From contig CAXXVK010000057.1 in the NCBI GenBank assembly GCA_963676915.2, positions 1 through 64,000 of the forward strand: a stretch of 64,000 nucleotides of DNA, read 5' to 3'. The notes beneath the pieces are model-generated. The model was not told where the DNA came from. It did no database searches and worked only from the letters and a program-made list of their open reading frames with translations. Shown here piece after piece: positions 27,810 through 38,226 of the stretch. The position numbers were made by a program, and so were the translations under genes. Numbering within the stretch: position 1 is the stretch's first letter; each line of letters begins with the position of its first letter. The DNA is from Myxococcota bacterium (GTDB lineage: Bacteria; Myxococcota_A; SURF-8; G963663525).

Positions 27810-30287
27810 TTACAGGTCTTTGACCAGGCGGAAGCCGATGTTGACCGCGCAGAGGTCGCGCTTGCCGCTTCCACGGTAACAGCAGCGGCAGAACATTTCG
27901 TACATGGTCCAGGCTCCACCCCGCAAGGTGCGTTGATCCTCGCTGCCGTCCGGCGGTACGTCGTCCACCCAGTCGCGAATATTCCCCGCTACGTCGCGCA
28001 CACCGTAAGGTGATACATCCGTGGGCGTAGTTCCGACGCGCTTAAGTCGCGGTTTTTCCTGGGTAAAACGCATGTTGGCGAACGAGGGATCGAAGCGGTT
28101 GCCCCAGGGATAGCGTCGGCGGTCGGCTCCGCGAGCGGCGCGCTCCCATTCGGCACTCGTCGGCAGGCGGTAGGTGATGCCGTCTTTTTCGGAACGCCAG
28201 CGAGCGTAAGCCAGAGCATCTTCGAAACTGATTCCCAACGCAGGCCAGTTCCATTCCCAGCGCTCCGCCTCGTTTTCGCCTCCCGGAAGCCCGTACTTGC
28301 CGTCCGCCTCTTTCGGCAGGTACGGCGTATTGGAGCCGTATTCCCTCGGCACGAGGCTTTCGGCCTGTTCGGGGTCGTTCTCGGCCAGATCATTGAGAAA
28401 AGCGACGTATTCCCGCAGCGTTACCGGCACCCGGCCAATGGCGTAATCGGGCAGTTGAACCCGCTGTTCTTCGCCGCAGCCGAACGTTTCCGGGTCGCCG
28501 CCGATGATCTGCTCTCCGGCGGGAATCCAGATGAATCCGTCGCCGACTTCCTCGCGACTCTTCAGTTTCAGATGAATCGCCACACCCCGGTCCCGTTCGA
28601 TCAGCACCGGATAGCGCGCCACCGAGTAGCCGGTCAGGGAAATCACCACCAGATAGCTTCCGCAGTCCAGCGTGACACCGGAAGAAAGGTTCTCCAGATC
28701 GATATCCACCGGTTTCAGTTCCATCCGGCGGCTGCTCTCGTGGTACTGGAACAGTTCGACACGCGCTTGTTCCGGCTCGAAGGTCACCGTCAGATGCCCT
28801 TTGCCGGTCAGCAGCGGCGTGAAGCGGCCTTCGTCGTACTTGGTCACCAACCCGCGCCAGTACAACTGCTGGGTGCGGTTGCGTTCCTTTTCGGCGGCCA
28901 AATATTTTTCCCAGTACAATTCAGCCAGTCGCGCTTTGGCCTGGCTATGATGCGGTTCGAGTTCGAGCGCCATCAGGAAATAGGTGATCGCTTCGTTGAA
29001 TCGCTCCGCCTCATCCTGCTCGATGCTTTCCAGCGCTTCTTCCAGCAGCCAGATGTCTTTTTGCAGCAACCCGGATTCTTCTTTTCCCGAGCGGGTTTTC
29101 AGCGATTGAAGCTTTTTGCTCGTTTCTTCACGATGTTCCACGATTTCCTGGTAGCTGAGGGTTTCCAGCTCCCCCTTTTTCACTTTTTCGTCCGCTTCCC
29201 GTCGGCGTCGTTCGAACGCCAACGTGCCTTCGAAAAAGGCGTGTACGTCGTCGGCCATGTCCTGGGCGGTATCGTAGCGTTCATCCTGGTTGTAACTCAT
29301 CGCCTTGCGAACGATTTCATCCAACTCGCCGGGAATATCCAGGTGGGGCGAACGCCGGGAAGGCAGATCGATATCTCCCTGCAGCACTTCGTCGATGGCG
29401 GCGTACACATCATGCGCCTGGACGGGCGGTGTATAGGTCAGCATTTCGTACAGCAGCGCTCCAAGGCCGTAGACGTCCGTTCGGCGGTCCACGATCGAAT
29501 TCAAGCCCTTTGCCTGTTCCGGGCTGAGGTAGGCGGGCGTTCCGACGATCACCCGGTCGCGCACGCCTTCGTCCCAGGTCAACTCGACCGGTCCCAGATC
29601 CGAGTTGCAGATGCGCGGAACGGCGAGCGCCAGGCCCCAGTCCACCATCAGCGCTTCCCCGTAGTCGCCGACCATCACGTTTTCGGGCTTGATATCCCGG
29701 TGCACCACGCCGCGCGCGTGGGCGTAATCGATAGCGCGGGCGATTTCCTGAAACAGCCGCAGCATACGCAAACGGTTGTATTTAATCGACAATTCCTCAT
29801 CGCCCTGACGAAGTTTCGTAATGACATATTTCAGGGAATAGCCATACAGACGCTTCATGGTGAAGAAAAGCTGGCCGTCCTGGAATTTTCCCATCGAATA
29901 AATCGGCACGATGTTGGGATGTTCCAACTGGCCCGTGATCTGGATTTCCCGCAGCAGCTTGTTGACTTCGCGAACGTTGGTAGCTTTGGATTTGCGAAGC
30001 ATTTTCACCGCAACGTTGCGTTGAATGGCCATGTCCTGAGCCGCGAGAATCCGGCCCATGCCGCCTTCACCGATCTTCGGTCCGAAATCCAGTCCCATCC
30101 GTATCTGGACCGGTTCATTGGCCGGAGGCGTTGGCTTGGGAGGAGGTGGTGGCGGTGGAGCCGCTGCCGGTTTTTTGGCCGATTCGCTACGGAATTCCTC
30201 CAGCGAGGAAAGGGTTTCGAGCTCGCTTAACGAAATGGACAGGCTGTCCAGGCTGGAGAGCGTAAGAGCTGGCGATTTTTCAGTCAT
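27810..30287 (-). CDS. Ser/Thr protein kinase fused to PEGA-like and FGE-sulfatase (SUMF1/C-type lectin fold) domain
   Basis: GEGGMG, VAVK, HPNIVPIY, HRDIKPEN, DWGLA, GTPAYLSPEQ; RLPTSAEWERAARG, YPWG, AGNIRDW, IGFRLV. Confidence 0.93.
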   Translation of the reverse strand: MTEKSPALTLSSLDSLSISLSELETLSSLEEFRSESAKKPAAAPPPPPPPKPTPPANEPVQIRMGLDFGPKIGEGGMGRILAAQDMAIQRNVAVKMLRKSKATNVREVNKLLREIQITGQLEHPNIVPIYSMGKFQDGQLFFTMKRLYGYSLKYVITKLRQGDEELSIKYNRLRMLRLFQEIARAIDYAHARGVVHRDIKPENVMVGDYGEALMVDWGLALAVPRICNSDLGPVELTWDEGVRDRVIVGTPAYLSPEQAKGLNSIVDRRTDVYGLGALLYEMLTYTPPVQAHDVYAAIDEVLQGDIDLPSRRSPHLDIPGELDEIVRKAMSYNQDERYDTAQDMADDVHAFFEGTLAFERRRREADEKVKKGELETLSYQEIVEHREETSKKLQSLKTRSGKEESGLLQKDIWLLEEALESIEQDEAERFNEAITYFLMALELEPHHSQAKARLAELYWEKYLAAEKERNRTQQLYWRGLVTKYDEGRFTPLLTGKGHLTVTFEPEQARVELFQYHESSRRMELKPVDIDLENLSSGVTLDCGSYLVVISLTGYSVARYPVLIERDRGVAIHLKLKSREEVGDGFIWIPAGEQIIGGDPETFGCGEEQRVQLPDYAIGRVPVTLREYVAFLNDLAENDPEQAESLVPREYGSNTPYLPKEADGKYGLPGGENEAERWEWNWPALGISFEDALAYARWRSEKDGITYRLPTSAEWERAARGADRRRYPWGNRFDPSFANMRFTQEKPRLKRVGTTPTDVSPYGVRDVAGNIRDWVDDVPPDGSEDQRTLRGGAWTMYEMFCRCCYRGSGKRDLCAVNIGFRLVKDL

Positions 30288-30545
30288 GAAACGTTCCGAT
30301 TGTTGAATGGACCTTCGGCCCGTGATCCGGTTTGGGAATACCCCGTACATTATCGGGAAATTAAGGATACTTTACAAGACTTACCGAAAATTGGAAACGA
30401 AAATAACCACATACCCGATTTCGAGGGTGCAAATTTTTACGCAGGGAAACGAGAAGTCACCCTATCTTTTCCCTTGATTGTTCGTTCCGAACCCTTACAT
30501 TACATGTCGATGACGTAGACCAGGAAGACGAAAGCCGTTCGGGAC

Positions 30546-32519
30546 ATGGGTGGTTCGACACCGCAGGCAAACAAAAAGTTGGGTTGGCTCTGGGTGGTAG
30601 GGCTTGCTTCGATCCTTTTGATCGGCTGGTGGTGGTTTGCTTCCGACACTCCCCGCAGCGAAGAACTCCCGAATGCCGCCGACCGAAAAGCCGTTTCCGA
30701 ACGTGAACTTCAGGACGATTCCCTGTCCGACAACACAGCGCAACCTGGCGTAAAAGCGAAACAAAAAGGCACTCCCGAGTCCCCCGCGATCTTCGATGCC
30801 GCCCACGGTCTCGGTGGAATCGTAGGAGAAGTACTCGACCAGAACGACAAACCGCTGGAAGGCGTCAAGGTGACGGTCACCGCACCGGGCGACGGGGTGC
30901 CGTTTCTCGATCCGGTGTTTACTCCCGCCGAAGGCACGTTTCGTTTCGACGATCTACCCGCCGGGGAATTTTTGCTGGTCGGCGAGCATCCCTTGTATGC
31001 ACGCAACCAGACCTATGCTTTCGTGATTCCCGGCACCCAGGCCGAGGCGGTGATCCGGCTGTCCAATGCGGGACGGTTGACGGTACTGGTGGTCGAAGCC
31101 GAAACCCGCGAACCGGTTACCGGGCAGCCTGTCGGCCTGCATCCCGCCGAGATGGAGAACGCCCCCACCCAGGAGGAAATCGTTCACGATCACACCATGA
31201 CCCCCTGGGCTACCGAGGAAACCGACGAGACGGGGCGAGCGGTCTTCGACGACCTTCCCGGTGGGAACTATATGATTATACTTCGGATTCCCGGCTATCG
31301 GGTGCTGGTCGATTTCCACAATCTCCCCGCCGGCGGTCAAGCCGAACATACGGTGTCGTTGGCGAAAACCGGCTTCACGCACGGTCGGGTGGTGGATACC
31401 AGCGGAACCCCTCAACCGAACGTCGAGGTCTTTTGCGAGTACTATACCGGCTGGAACCGCTACCGGACGGTTACCGACGAACGGGGAGCGTTCCAGTTTT
31501 ATGCCGCCGATGCTCGGATGATTTTGTATGCGCGGGATGGGGCGCGGGTGTCGAAGCGGGTCAAGGTGGATTGCCAATCGGACACCTGCTGGAAGGAACT
31601 CGTGCTCAGCGGCAGCACGCTGCTTCGGGTCGCAACGGTCGAGGCGGAGAGTTCCAAGCCGTTTCCCGGTGTGCAGGTATGCCTGATTTCCGAGGAAAAT
31701 CAACACTCTCCGTGTTCCTACACCTTGCCTCCGGGTGGCGTCGCCACGTTCGAAGGCGTTCAGCCGGGCCGATATCGGGCGGCGGCATCGGCTCCCGGCT
31801 ACCTCCAGGAAGTTTCCGATGCGTTTCGTCTCGATGCCGGTGAAACCGAGCGCACCGTCTCGCTTGGATTGGAGCCGGGCCGCTGTATCGAGGGTCGCGT
31901 GGAGGACAGCGAGGGCGAACCGGTGAGCGGCGTACGAATCAAGCTCGACTTCAAACGCGACGACATGAATATGCGCGTGGTTTCCAACAATGCTTCCGGC
32001 GGCATTCACCCCTATCACGGCAACCAGCTTCGTTCCGGTGGCCGGAATCTCTACGTACCTCCGGCACTTTCGACGCTTGCTCCCAGTGACCACAAAGGCC
32101 GATTCCGTTTCTGCGGACTGCCGGAAGGCAAGGTGACGGTCGGTGGAGAAAACGCCGTCGCGCCGCGCTATTTCAGCCCGGTGGAGACGGATATCACCGG
32201 CGGCGACGCCACGGGAATCGTGCTCAAAGCCGCCGGGGAAGTCACCATCCAGGGCCGGTTCGTCAATGCCGAGGGAGAGCCTTGCGCCTCGGGGGCGGTC
32301 TGGCTGTCCGGGATGCCCAAAGGCGTGCCGGGCGGCGGCGCGCATATCGGGAAAAACGGCACGTTCACTCTGCATGCGGCGGTGGTCGATTCCGAACTCG
32401 TATCCGGCTCCCCCGGTCGAACCATCAACGGTTCCTGCTTCGGTATCGGTCGGGGTAAAACGGAGCTGTCGCTACCCGATCCTCCTGCCGAAATCGAAGT
32501 GGAACTGACCGTCGAATAA
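30546..32519 (+). CDS. Membrane-anchored protein with tandem carboxypeptidase-regulatory-like (Cna-B-type) domains
   Basis: N-terminal TM; repeated GxVxDxxGxPxxGVxV...TDxxGxFxFxxLPxGxY units. Confidence 0.8.
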   Translation: MGGSTPQANKKLGWLWVVGLASILLIGWWWFASDTPRSEELPNAADRKAVSERELQDDSLSDNTAQPGVKAKQKGTPESPAIFDAAHGLGGIVGEVLDQNDKPLEGVKVTVTAPGDGVPFLDPVFTPAEGTFRFDDLPAGEFLLVGEHPLYARNQTYAFVIPGTQAEAVIRLSNAGRLTVLVVEAETREPVTGQPVGLHPAEMENAPTQEEIVHDHTMTPWATEETDETGRAVFDDLPGGNYMIILRIPGYRVLVDFHNLPAGGQAEHTVSLAKTGFTHGRVVDTSGTPQPNVEVFCEYYTGWNRYRTVTDERGAFQFYAADARMILYARDGARVSKRVKVDCQSDTCWKELVLSGSTLLRVATVEAESSKPFPGVQVCLISEENQHSPCSYTLPPGGVATFEGVQPGRYRAAASAPGYLQEVSDAFRLDAGETERTVSLGLEPGRCIEGRVEDSEGEPVSGVRIKLDFKRDDMNMRVVSNNASGGIHPYHGNQLRSGGRNLYVPPALSTLAPSDHKGRFRFCGLPEGKVTVGGENAVAPRYFSPVETDITGGDATGIVLKAAGEVTIQGRFVNAEGEPCASGAVWLSGMPKGVPGGGAHIGKNGTFTLHAAVVDSELVSGSPGRTINGSCFGIGRGKTELSLPDPPAEIEVELTVE

Positions 32520-32561
32520 TCTTCCCATGTGTTTGTTTCAAACGCTTTTTTCCGAAATCGC

Positions 32562-32715
32562 GTAGGTCGGGCAAATTTCTTGCCCGACACAGGCAATTGA
32601 CAAACTCACTTCGAACAATTTTTCCGTCTGTAACGTTTTGAAATTATTGAAGCTCAAAAACGACAAAACCACTTTGTCAGCAAGCTGGGTCGGGCCAGAA
32701 ATTTACCCGGCCTAC
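32562..32715. repeat. REP-bounded ~154-bp element with ~100-bp conserved spacer
   Basis: GTAGGTCGGGCAAATTTCTTGCCCGAC-spacer-GTCGGGCCAGAAATTTACCCGGCCTAC; the spacer is an inverted homolog of 24775-24874. Confidence 0.88.
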
Positions 32716-33265
32716 TGGATGGTCTGCCTTTGCAACAAATGACAAAAGTCCGATCATTGAAAACTGAATGGTATCAAACATTTTCCGAAGGGACCAAAGC
32801 ACGTCGTTTCGTGTCGTATCACGCCGAATCGGAGGAGATTGCGCAAAAACGACCGGCAGACACGAATCTGTGTTTCCCCCGAAAAACGGCTGTTTTCTGT
32901 CATATATCGCAGAATCCGTCTTATATGACAGCACAATGTGCCGCACAAAGGGTGGTTTTCGAGCACAAAACGGCAGGCTTTGACGTGGTTTGACCCGCAC
33001 AGACGCGACTCACCGCAAGATCGCAGGGTTTTGCGTCATCCCCTCCGATTCGACACGGTTTGACGTACCCTCAATGCGTCTCCAATCGATGCCCCAAGGC
33101 ATTTCAATGGCATAAAACTTTTCATGACTCCTCGGCGGTTTTTTCCCACATGCGAGGCAAAATATGTTAGGGTTTCGAGCGTTCGTGACGTTTCGATAAG
33201 GGGACAAAGCCGTTGAGGACGAAACCGATCGAACCTTTATCCTCCCTAAAACTGGAGAGTTTGTC

Positions 33266-34168
33266 ATGTGGGCGATGCGAGTACGAGCCATCGGATTGAT
33301 GTTATTGTTGACAGCCATGTTGCGTCTGACCGGATGTGGTGGCGAGGACAGCGACCCGAACGATGGGAACGAGCCGATGGCCGAAGCGGATCGAGACGAC
33401 GACGACGAAGCCTCCGACTGTATTTCGATGGGCGGCTCCCCCGACGACCTGACCGGCACCTGGGCGGTGCAATATGCGGCGGCCTTCGAAACCTGGCTGC
33501 CGACACCCTTTGCCGTTCCGGCCACCTTCGTGATTGTCTGGACCGGACGAATGGAGATGGAACAAGAGGCCGAAACCATTGAAGTTTTCAACGATCATCC
33601 TTGCGATTTGCAGGTTTTTGTTGTCGAAGATGTGGACTTCGGCATTATTTTCACCACCGCATCCATCGAGTTGATTCCATCCCATTCCTACAGCGTTTCC
33701 CGCAATGGGGATACTCTGATTTTCCCCGAAGGAATCGATCTGTACGGTGCGGATATCGACGCCTTCGACGATCCTACCACCGACGCGCTCCCCGTGGAGG
33801 ACGACGACCCCCGGCTGGTGGATTTCGAATCCGACGGTCACCCCGGTTTCACCGCCCGAATCACCGGATTGGTACCGGGTGAGGTGTACGTGTCCCTGCG
33901 CTGGATTCGACAACTGCATCCTTCCGTTGTGGATGGCGATACCCTGGAAGGTCCGGTGGATGCCCTGGGTACGCTGGGGACCGTCAATGCCGATCCCTGG
34001 ATGCTGGACCAGGAATTGACCCTCGACGCGCTGGAGTACGAAGACACCAACCGGTTGCAGATGATCCGCATTCCCTCCGAGATGAACTGCTCGGACATCC
34101 TCGACCGGTCCGAATGCATTTTCCGCGATTTCAACCCCGTCGCCAGTGTGCCGCCGATCTCCCGATAG
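33266..34168 (+). CDS. Hypothetical acidic lipoprotein
   Basis: Lipobox LTGC; GGAGAG RBS; DLTGTWA and DFESDGHPGFT (Ca-loop-like) motifs. Confidence 0.75.
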   Translation: MWAMRVRAIGLMLLLTAMLRLTGCGGEDSDPNDGNEPMAEADRDDDDEASDCISMGGSPDDLTGTWAVQYAAAFETWLPTPFAVPATFVIVWTGRMEMEQEAETIEVFNDHPCDLQVFVVEDVDFGIIFTTASIELIPSHSYSVSRNGDTLIFPEGIDLYGADIDAFDDPTTDALPVEDDDPRLVDFESDGHPGFTARITGLVPGEVYVSLRWIRQLHPSVVDGDTLEGPVDALGTLGTVNADPWMLDQELTLDALEYEDTNRLQMIRIPSEMNCSDILDRSECIFRDFNPVASVPPISR

Positions 34169-34263
34169 TACCGCTTTGCACCCAGCCCAATTCTTTTATT
34201 TGGAAATTTGGAAGGAGCAGGATTGCATCCTGGTCCACACGTTTGCATTCGTAAAAAAAGCCG

Positions 34264-35271
34264 TTACTCCTCGTCGGGAGGTTGAAGACGTCGCAGGTTC
34301 GACACGCTGACGTTCAGCATCATGGCGAAGATGGCCCCTAAAGAAATGGTCAACGCCATTTCACTGGTATGCAGCACGACGGCAATGGCCAGCGCTTTCG
34401 AAGCCTCGACACCGAAGACGCCAAGCGCCAGCACGCAGGCATAATGAAACACGCCGAGCGCCGCTGGTGCCGCCGGTAGAGCGGAACTCAGTGCTACCAC
34501 GGCATTGACCAGCAAAGCCCAGCTCAGCGAAGCCGGAAGGTCGAAAGCCTGAAACACCATCCAGTAAAACAGTCCTTCCGCCAACCAGACGGCCACGGTT
34601 GTTAGAAGCGTCCACAAAAGATCCAAAGGAGAGCGGATAACCGCAAGCCCGCGTTCGAATTCCTCGAAGGATTTCAATAGAATAGCGTTGAATTTTTCGG
34701 GAAGCAGTCGTCCGAATTTTTCCAGAACGACCCGCGCCGCTTTGGGGAAAAACGCCACCGCCAGCAGCACACCGCCGCCAAGACCGAAGATCCAAACCGC
34801 CGTCCAGCGAATGGAGCCTAACACCTCGTTTTCCAACTCGGCCAGCGAAAGCACCACCGCCAATTGCAGCAAAACAGCCAGGCCGTCGAAGATCCGTTCC
34901 ACCGCCACCACCGCCAGCGAGGAAGGATAGGGCAGACGGTCCCGCCGGGTGACGAGCCAGGCCCGGTAGAGGTCGCCCAGACGTCCGGGCAGAAGGTCGT
35001 CGAGCACCAGACCGATCACCGTATAGGGAAACAATCTTATCGGGGACAACACCAGCGCAGGGCGCAAAGCGGCACGCCAGCGCACGGCGCGCAACAGGTG
35101 GCTGACCCCGTACAAACCGACACCCGCCAGCCACCAGGACACATGCATACGGCCCAGTGCTTGGAAAAACGCCTGCGGATCGATCTGGTGAACCGCCAGC
35201 CAGATACACAAGATCGTCACCGCCGCCGCCAGCAAGGTTTTCCAGTTGATCCATTTGGGTGTCGTCACCAA
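34264..35271 (-). CDS. Lysylphosphatidylglycerol synthase TM-domain (UPF0104 flippase-like) protein
   Basis: LRAVRW, LPGRLGDLYRA, VERIFD and PAAPAALGVFH motifs; multiple TM segments. Confidence 0.88.
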   Translation of the reverse strand: MVTTPKWINWKTLLAAAVTILCIWLAVHQIDPQAFFQALGRMHVSWWLAGVGLYGVSHLLRAVRWRAALRPALVLSPIRLFPYTVIGLVLDDLLPGRLGDLYRAWLVTRRDRLPYPSSLAVVAVERIFDGLAVLLQLAVVLSLAELENEVLGSIRWTAVWIFGLGGGVLLAVAFFPKAARVVLEKFGRLLPEKFNAILLKSFEEFERGLAVIRSPLDLLWTLLTTVAVWLAEGLFYWMVFQAFDLPASLSWALLVNAVVALSSALPAAPAALGVFHYACVLALGVFGVEASKALAIAVVLHTSEMALTISLGAIFAMMLNVSVSNLRRLQPPDEE

Positions 35272-35324
35272 AAAACCTCACCGGGGCTTGGACGAAAAAG
35301 AAAGAAGGTCGGCTATATTCAGAA

Positions 35325-35458
35325 GTAGGTCGGGCAAATTTCTTGCCCGACGATACCACTTGGTTTTAGATAGGTTGTCGGGTGAAATCACCCGACCTAC
35401 ATCTACTAAAAACAAAGCAAAACCACACATTGTCGGATGAAATCATCCGGCAACCTAC
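35325..35458. repeat. Cluster of three GTAG-family REP hairpins
   Basis: Hairpins at 35325-35351, 35377-35400 and 35432-35458; the last overlaps the TAG stop of the adjacent gene. Confidence 0.85.
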
Positions 35459-36597
35459 TTGATTCGCCATTCGAAACGGGCCGAAACGGGCAGGTGGTCG
35501 GACAGCTCTCCCGCCTCCTGCATGACCCGACCTTCCTGCAATTTCAATCGCGTGGAAAACCAGAGGTAATCCAGGCGACGATTGGGAGCGAACGAAGGAA
35601 ACGTGAAATACCGGGCCTCATCCGCGTAATAGGCTTCCGGGGAGACGATTTCCTCCAACTCCATCATGGTGGAGATCATGAAGGTTTCGTCCTTGCGCAT
35701 ATCCTGGTCCGGTTCGTCTGGAAAGGCGTGCCGCAGTTTCGCTTTCGGAGGCACCGTGTTGAAATCCCCGGCGACGATATTGAGGTACCCGGCCTGTTTT
35801 CGGAAAAACTCCAGCAGCATTTCCGCATGGACCATCCGGTTGGGAACGTCGAAGGCTTCCAAATGCACGTTGAAAACGTTGACGAACGCTTTGCCGATTT
35901 TCAGCCGAGCCATCGTGGCGTGGCGATCGAGATAGAACAGGTTGTACCACCACGGGTTGGCTTTGGGTTTGGGAAAGCGGATCTGACGGGTATCTTGGAC
36001 GGGATAGCGGGACAAAATCACCTGCCCGTTGTTCATCGATCCGTAGTGATTGGAAATCGGCCAGTAAGGAAACGGAATATAACCTTTTTTCCAGGTCACC
36101 GTCGGAACCATGTACCGCAAATTCAACCCTTCGGCGAGGAGCCGCATCTGGTCGATGCCGTAGGTCCGGGACGAGTCGAAATCCACTTCCTGCAACAGCA
36201 CGATGTCGGGATTGTAGCTTTTAAGAACGTCGATCATCCCTTGCAGGATGTTTTCAACCTGCTCTTTCGGTACGCGCTCCTCGAAATCGTCGTACGGTCC
36301 CACGCCGTAATGCATGTTCCAGGTGACGACTTTCAGCATCCCGTTGGGGGGAGCCGGGTCCACCTCGCCCCAGGTTCCTTCGATCACCGGAGAAGGCTGT
36401 TCGACGGCTCCGGGAAGCCCGCCCACGGCCCAGTATGCCGTGACGCCGAGCAATCCGGGCAATCCCAGCAGCGCTCCGGCCAACCAGGCTTTTCGATGCG
36501 ATAACGACTTTTTTTTCGACTTCTTCGTCTCGTTCAACGCGTTTCGTCCCTTCGATCCCCAGGTTTCATGTTCTACGGATTTGATTTTTTTCGACAT
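35455..36597 (-). CDS. Endonuclease/exonuclease/phosphatase family protein
   Basis: VVTWNMHYG, DIVLLQEVD, NVHLE, AGDFN, RLDYLW, SDHLPV; N-terminal TM. Confidence 0.92.
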   Translation of the reverse strand: MSKKIKSVEHETWGSKGRNALNETKKSKKKSLSHRKAWLAGALLGLPGLLGVTAYWAVGGLPGAVEQPSPVIEGTWGEVDPAPPNGMLKVVTWNMHYGVGPYDDFEERVPKEQVENILQGMIDVLKSYNPDIVLLQEVDFDSSRTYGIDQMRLLAEGLNLRYMVPTVTWKKGYIPFPYWPISNHYGSMNNGQVILSRYPVQDTRQIRFPKPKANPWWYNLFYLDRHATMARLKIGKAFVNVFNVHLEAFDVPNRMVHAEMLLEFFRKQAGYLNIVAGDFNTVPPKAKLRHAFPDEPDQDMRKDETFMISTMMELEEIVSPEAYYADEARYFTFPSFAPNRRLDYLWFSTRLKLQEGRVMQEAGELSDHLPVSARFEWRIK

Positions 36598-36623
36598 CCG
36601 TTCGAACCGCTTCAAACCCCTTT

Positions 36624-36992
36624 TTATTCCCAATACGTAGCTCGGGAGCGATCCGTTTCCCATACCTGTACTTTGGAGACGTAGGCACCTTCCTTGTTGA
36701 TCAACGATCCCACCTCACGATAAATGAATGCCGCGAGATTCTCCGCCGTAGGTTCGATGCGATCGAACGGCGGAGTCTGGTTGAGGTCGTGATGATCGAG
36801 CAGCACCAGAACTTTTTTCAAAGCGCCATCGATTTCGTGAAAATCGATCAACATATCTCCCGGACCAAGGTTCTTTCCGGCAACGAAAACCTTTACTTTC
36901 CAGTTGTGACCATGGAGGTTCTCGCATTTGCCGTGGTAGTTTCTCAAATAATGAGCGGCGGAAAACTCGCCGATTCGGTCGATTTCATACAT
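36624..36992 (-). CDS. queD: 6-carboxy-5,6,7,8-tetrahydropterin synthase
   Basis: FSAAHYL, CENLHGHNW, LDHHDLN, PTAENLA and VWET motifs. Confidence 0.95.
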   Translation of the reverse strand: MYEIDRIGEFSAAHYLRNYHGKCENLHGHNWKVKVFVAGKNLGPGDMLIDFHEIDGALKKVLVLLDHHDLNQTPPFDRIEPTAENLAAFIYREVGSLINKEGAYVSKVQVWETDRSRATYWE

Positions 36993-37182
36993 CTCGAAAT
37001 CCTTTTCGTAAAGTTCGTTCGACCAGAGAATAGCATGTCGGCCTTGGAGAGACAAGTTACCGGAAAGGGTAGGATTCACCACGTAGGAACAGGTCGGAAC
37101 ACTTGTTATCCAACCACGAAATGGTGTATTTGCGGATTCAGTGGGTATCGGAAAACAGCTTGTACGTACCTTTGAAGTCTCG

Positions 37183-38226
37183 TTAGTTGTTGCTGTCGAC
37201 TTCGCCCCGTACCGTCAGGGTCGTTCCGTGGTCTACCTGACTTTCGATCTCCAAGGTCATGCCGTGCAAGTCCGCGATTTCCTTGACGATCGCCAGCCCC
37301 AACCCCGTGCCTCCGGTTCGTTTGGAACGGCTTTTTTCCACACGGTAAAAGCGGTCGAACAGCTGGTTTCGGTCTTCTTCCGGGATACCGATGCCGTTGT
37401 CGGCGATATCGAGACGAAAGCCTCCGTCGCCTTGTCGTAGCGATACTTTCACTTTACCGCCTTCGGGCGTGAATTTCACGGCATTGTCCAGCAGATTCAC
37501 AACCATTCGTTTGAGCAGCGGTTCGTTGCCGGTCACCATCGTCTCGTCGATTCGTTCGAGATCCAATTGGATGTCACGTGATCGGGCAAACGGCATGACA
37601 TCTTCGTACGAACGCATCACCGTATCATCGAAAGCCATGCCGGGATTCAGCGCCGGAACCTCTTTGGAGTCCACCTGGGCCAAAAACATCAGATTCTCGA
37701 CGATCGAAGAGAGCTGCCCCACCTCTTGCAACAGGTGTTCCAGGGTATCGCGGTAGGTTTCGGGGGAACGTTCTTTTCGCAGCGCCAGTTCCAATTCTCC
37801 CCTGAGGACGGTCAACGGCGTACCCAATTCGTGGGCGACATCCGCCGAAAACCGCCGAATGCGCTGGAACGAGTTTTCGAGGCGAGAAATCATTTCGTTG
37901 AACGTTTGTGCAAGCTCGCCGATTTCGTCACGGTCGCCCAGCGAATCGACACGCAGCGAAAGATCGTCGGCTGTGATTTTTCGGGCGGTGCGCGCCATAC
38001 GCTTGACCGGTGAAAAAGCCCGGCGAATCACCCACGTACCGACAATGGACACCAGCACGATCATCGCAAGCGCCAGCAGGCTGTGCTCCCAGATCTCCTC
38101 GACCCAGGCTTCGTGGGTCATTTTACCTTTCAGTCCGACGATATCGGTCCCGATGAAAAATATCAGCAAGGCGCTGATGGTGCCGATGTACCAGAGCGTC
38201 AGTTTTCGACGGATGGACGGGATCAT
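37183..38226 (-). CDS. HAMP sensor histidine kinase
   Basis: DEIGELAQTFNEM (HAMP), FSADVAHELGTPL (H box), NLLDNAVKFT, DNGIGI, GTGLGLAI. Confidence 0.95.
   Translation of the reverse strand: MIPSIRRKLTLWYIGTISALLIFFIGTDIVGLKGKMTHEAWVEEIWEHSLLALAMIVLVSIVGTWVIRRAFSPVKRMARTARKITADDLSLRVDSLGDRDEIGELAQTFNEMISRLENSFQRIRRFSADVAHELGTPLTVLRGELELALRKERSPETYRDTLEHLLQEVGQLSSIVENLMFLAQVDSKEVPALNPGMAFDDTVMRSYEDVMPFARSRDIQLDLERIDETMVTGNEPLLKRMVVNLLDNAVKFTPEGGKVKVSLRQGDGGFRLDIADNGIGIPEEDRNQLFDRFYRVEKSRSKRTGGTGLGLAIVKEIADLHGMTLEIESQVDHGTTLTVRGEVDSNN

Noticed and set aside
33108-33124. Sigma54 promoter TGGCATAAAACTTTTCA
   Set aside because: The -24 element fits but the -12 TTGC is missing.
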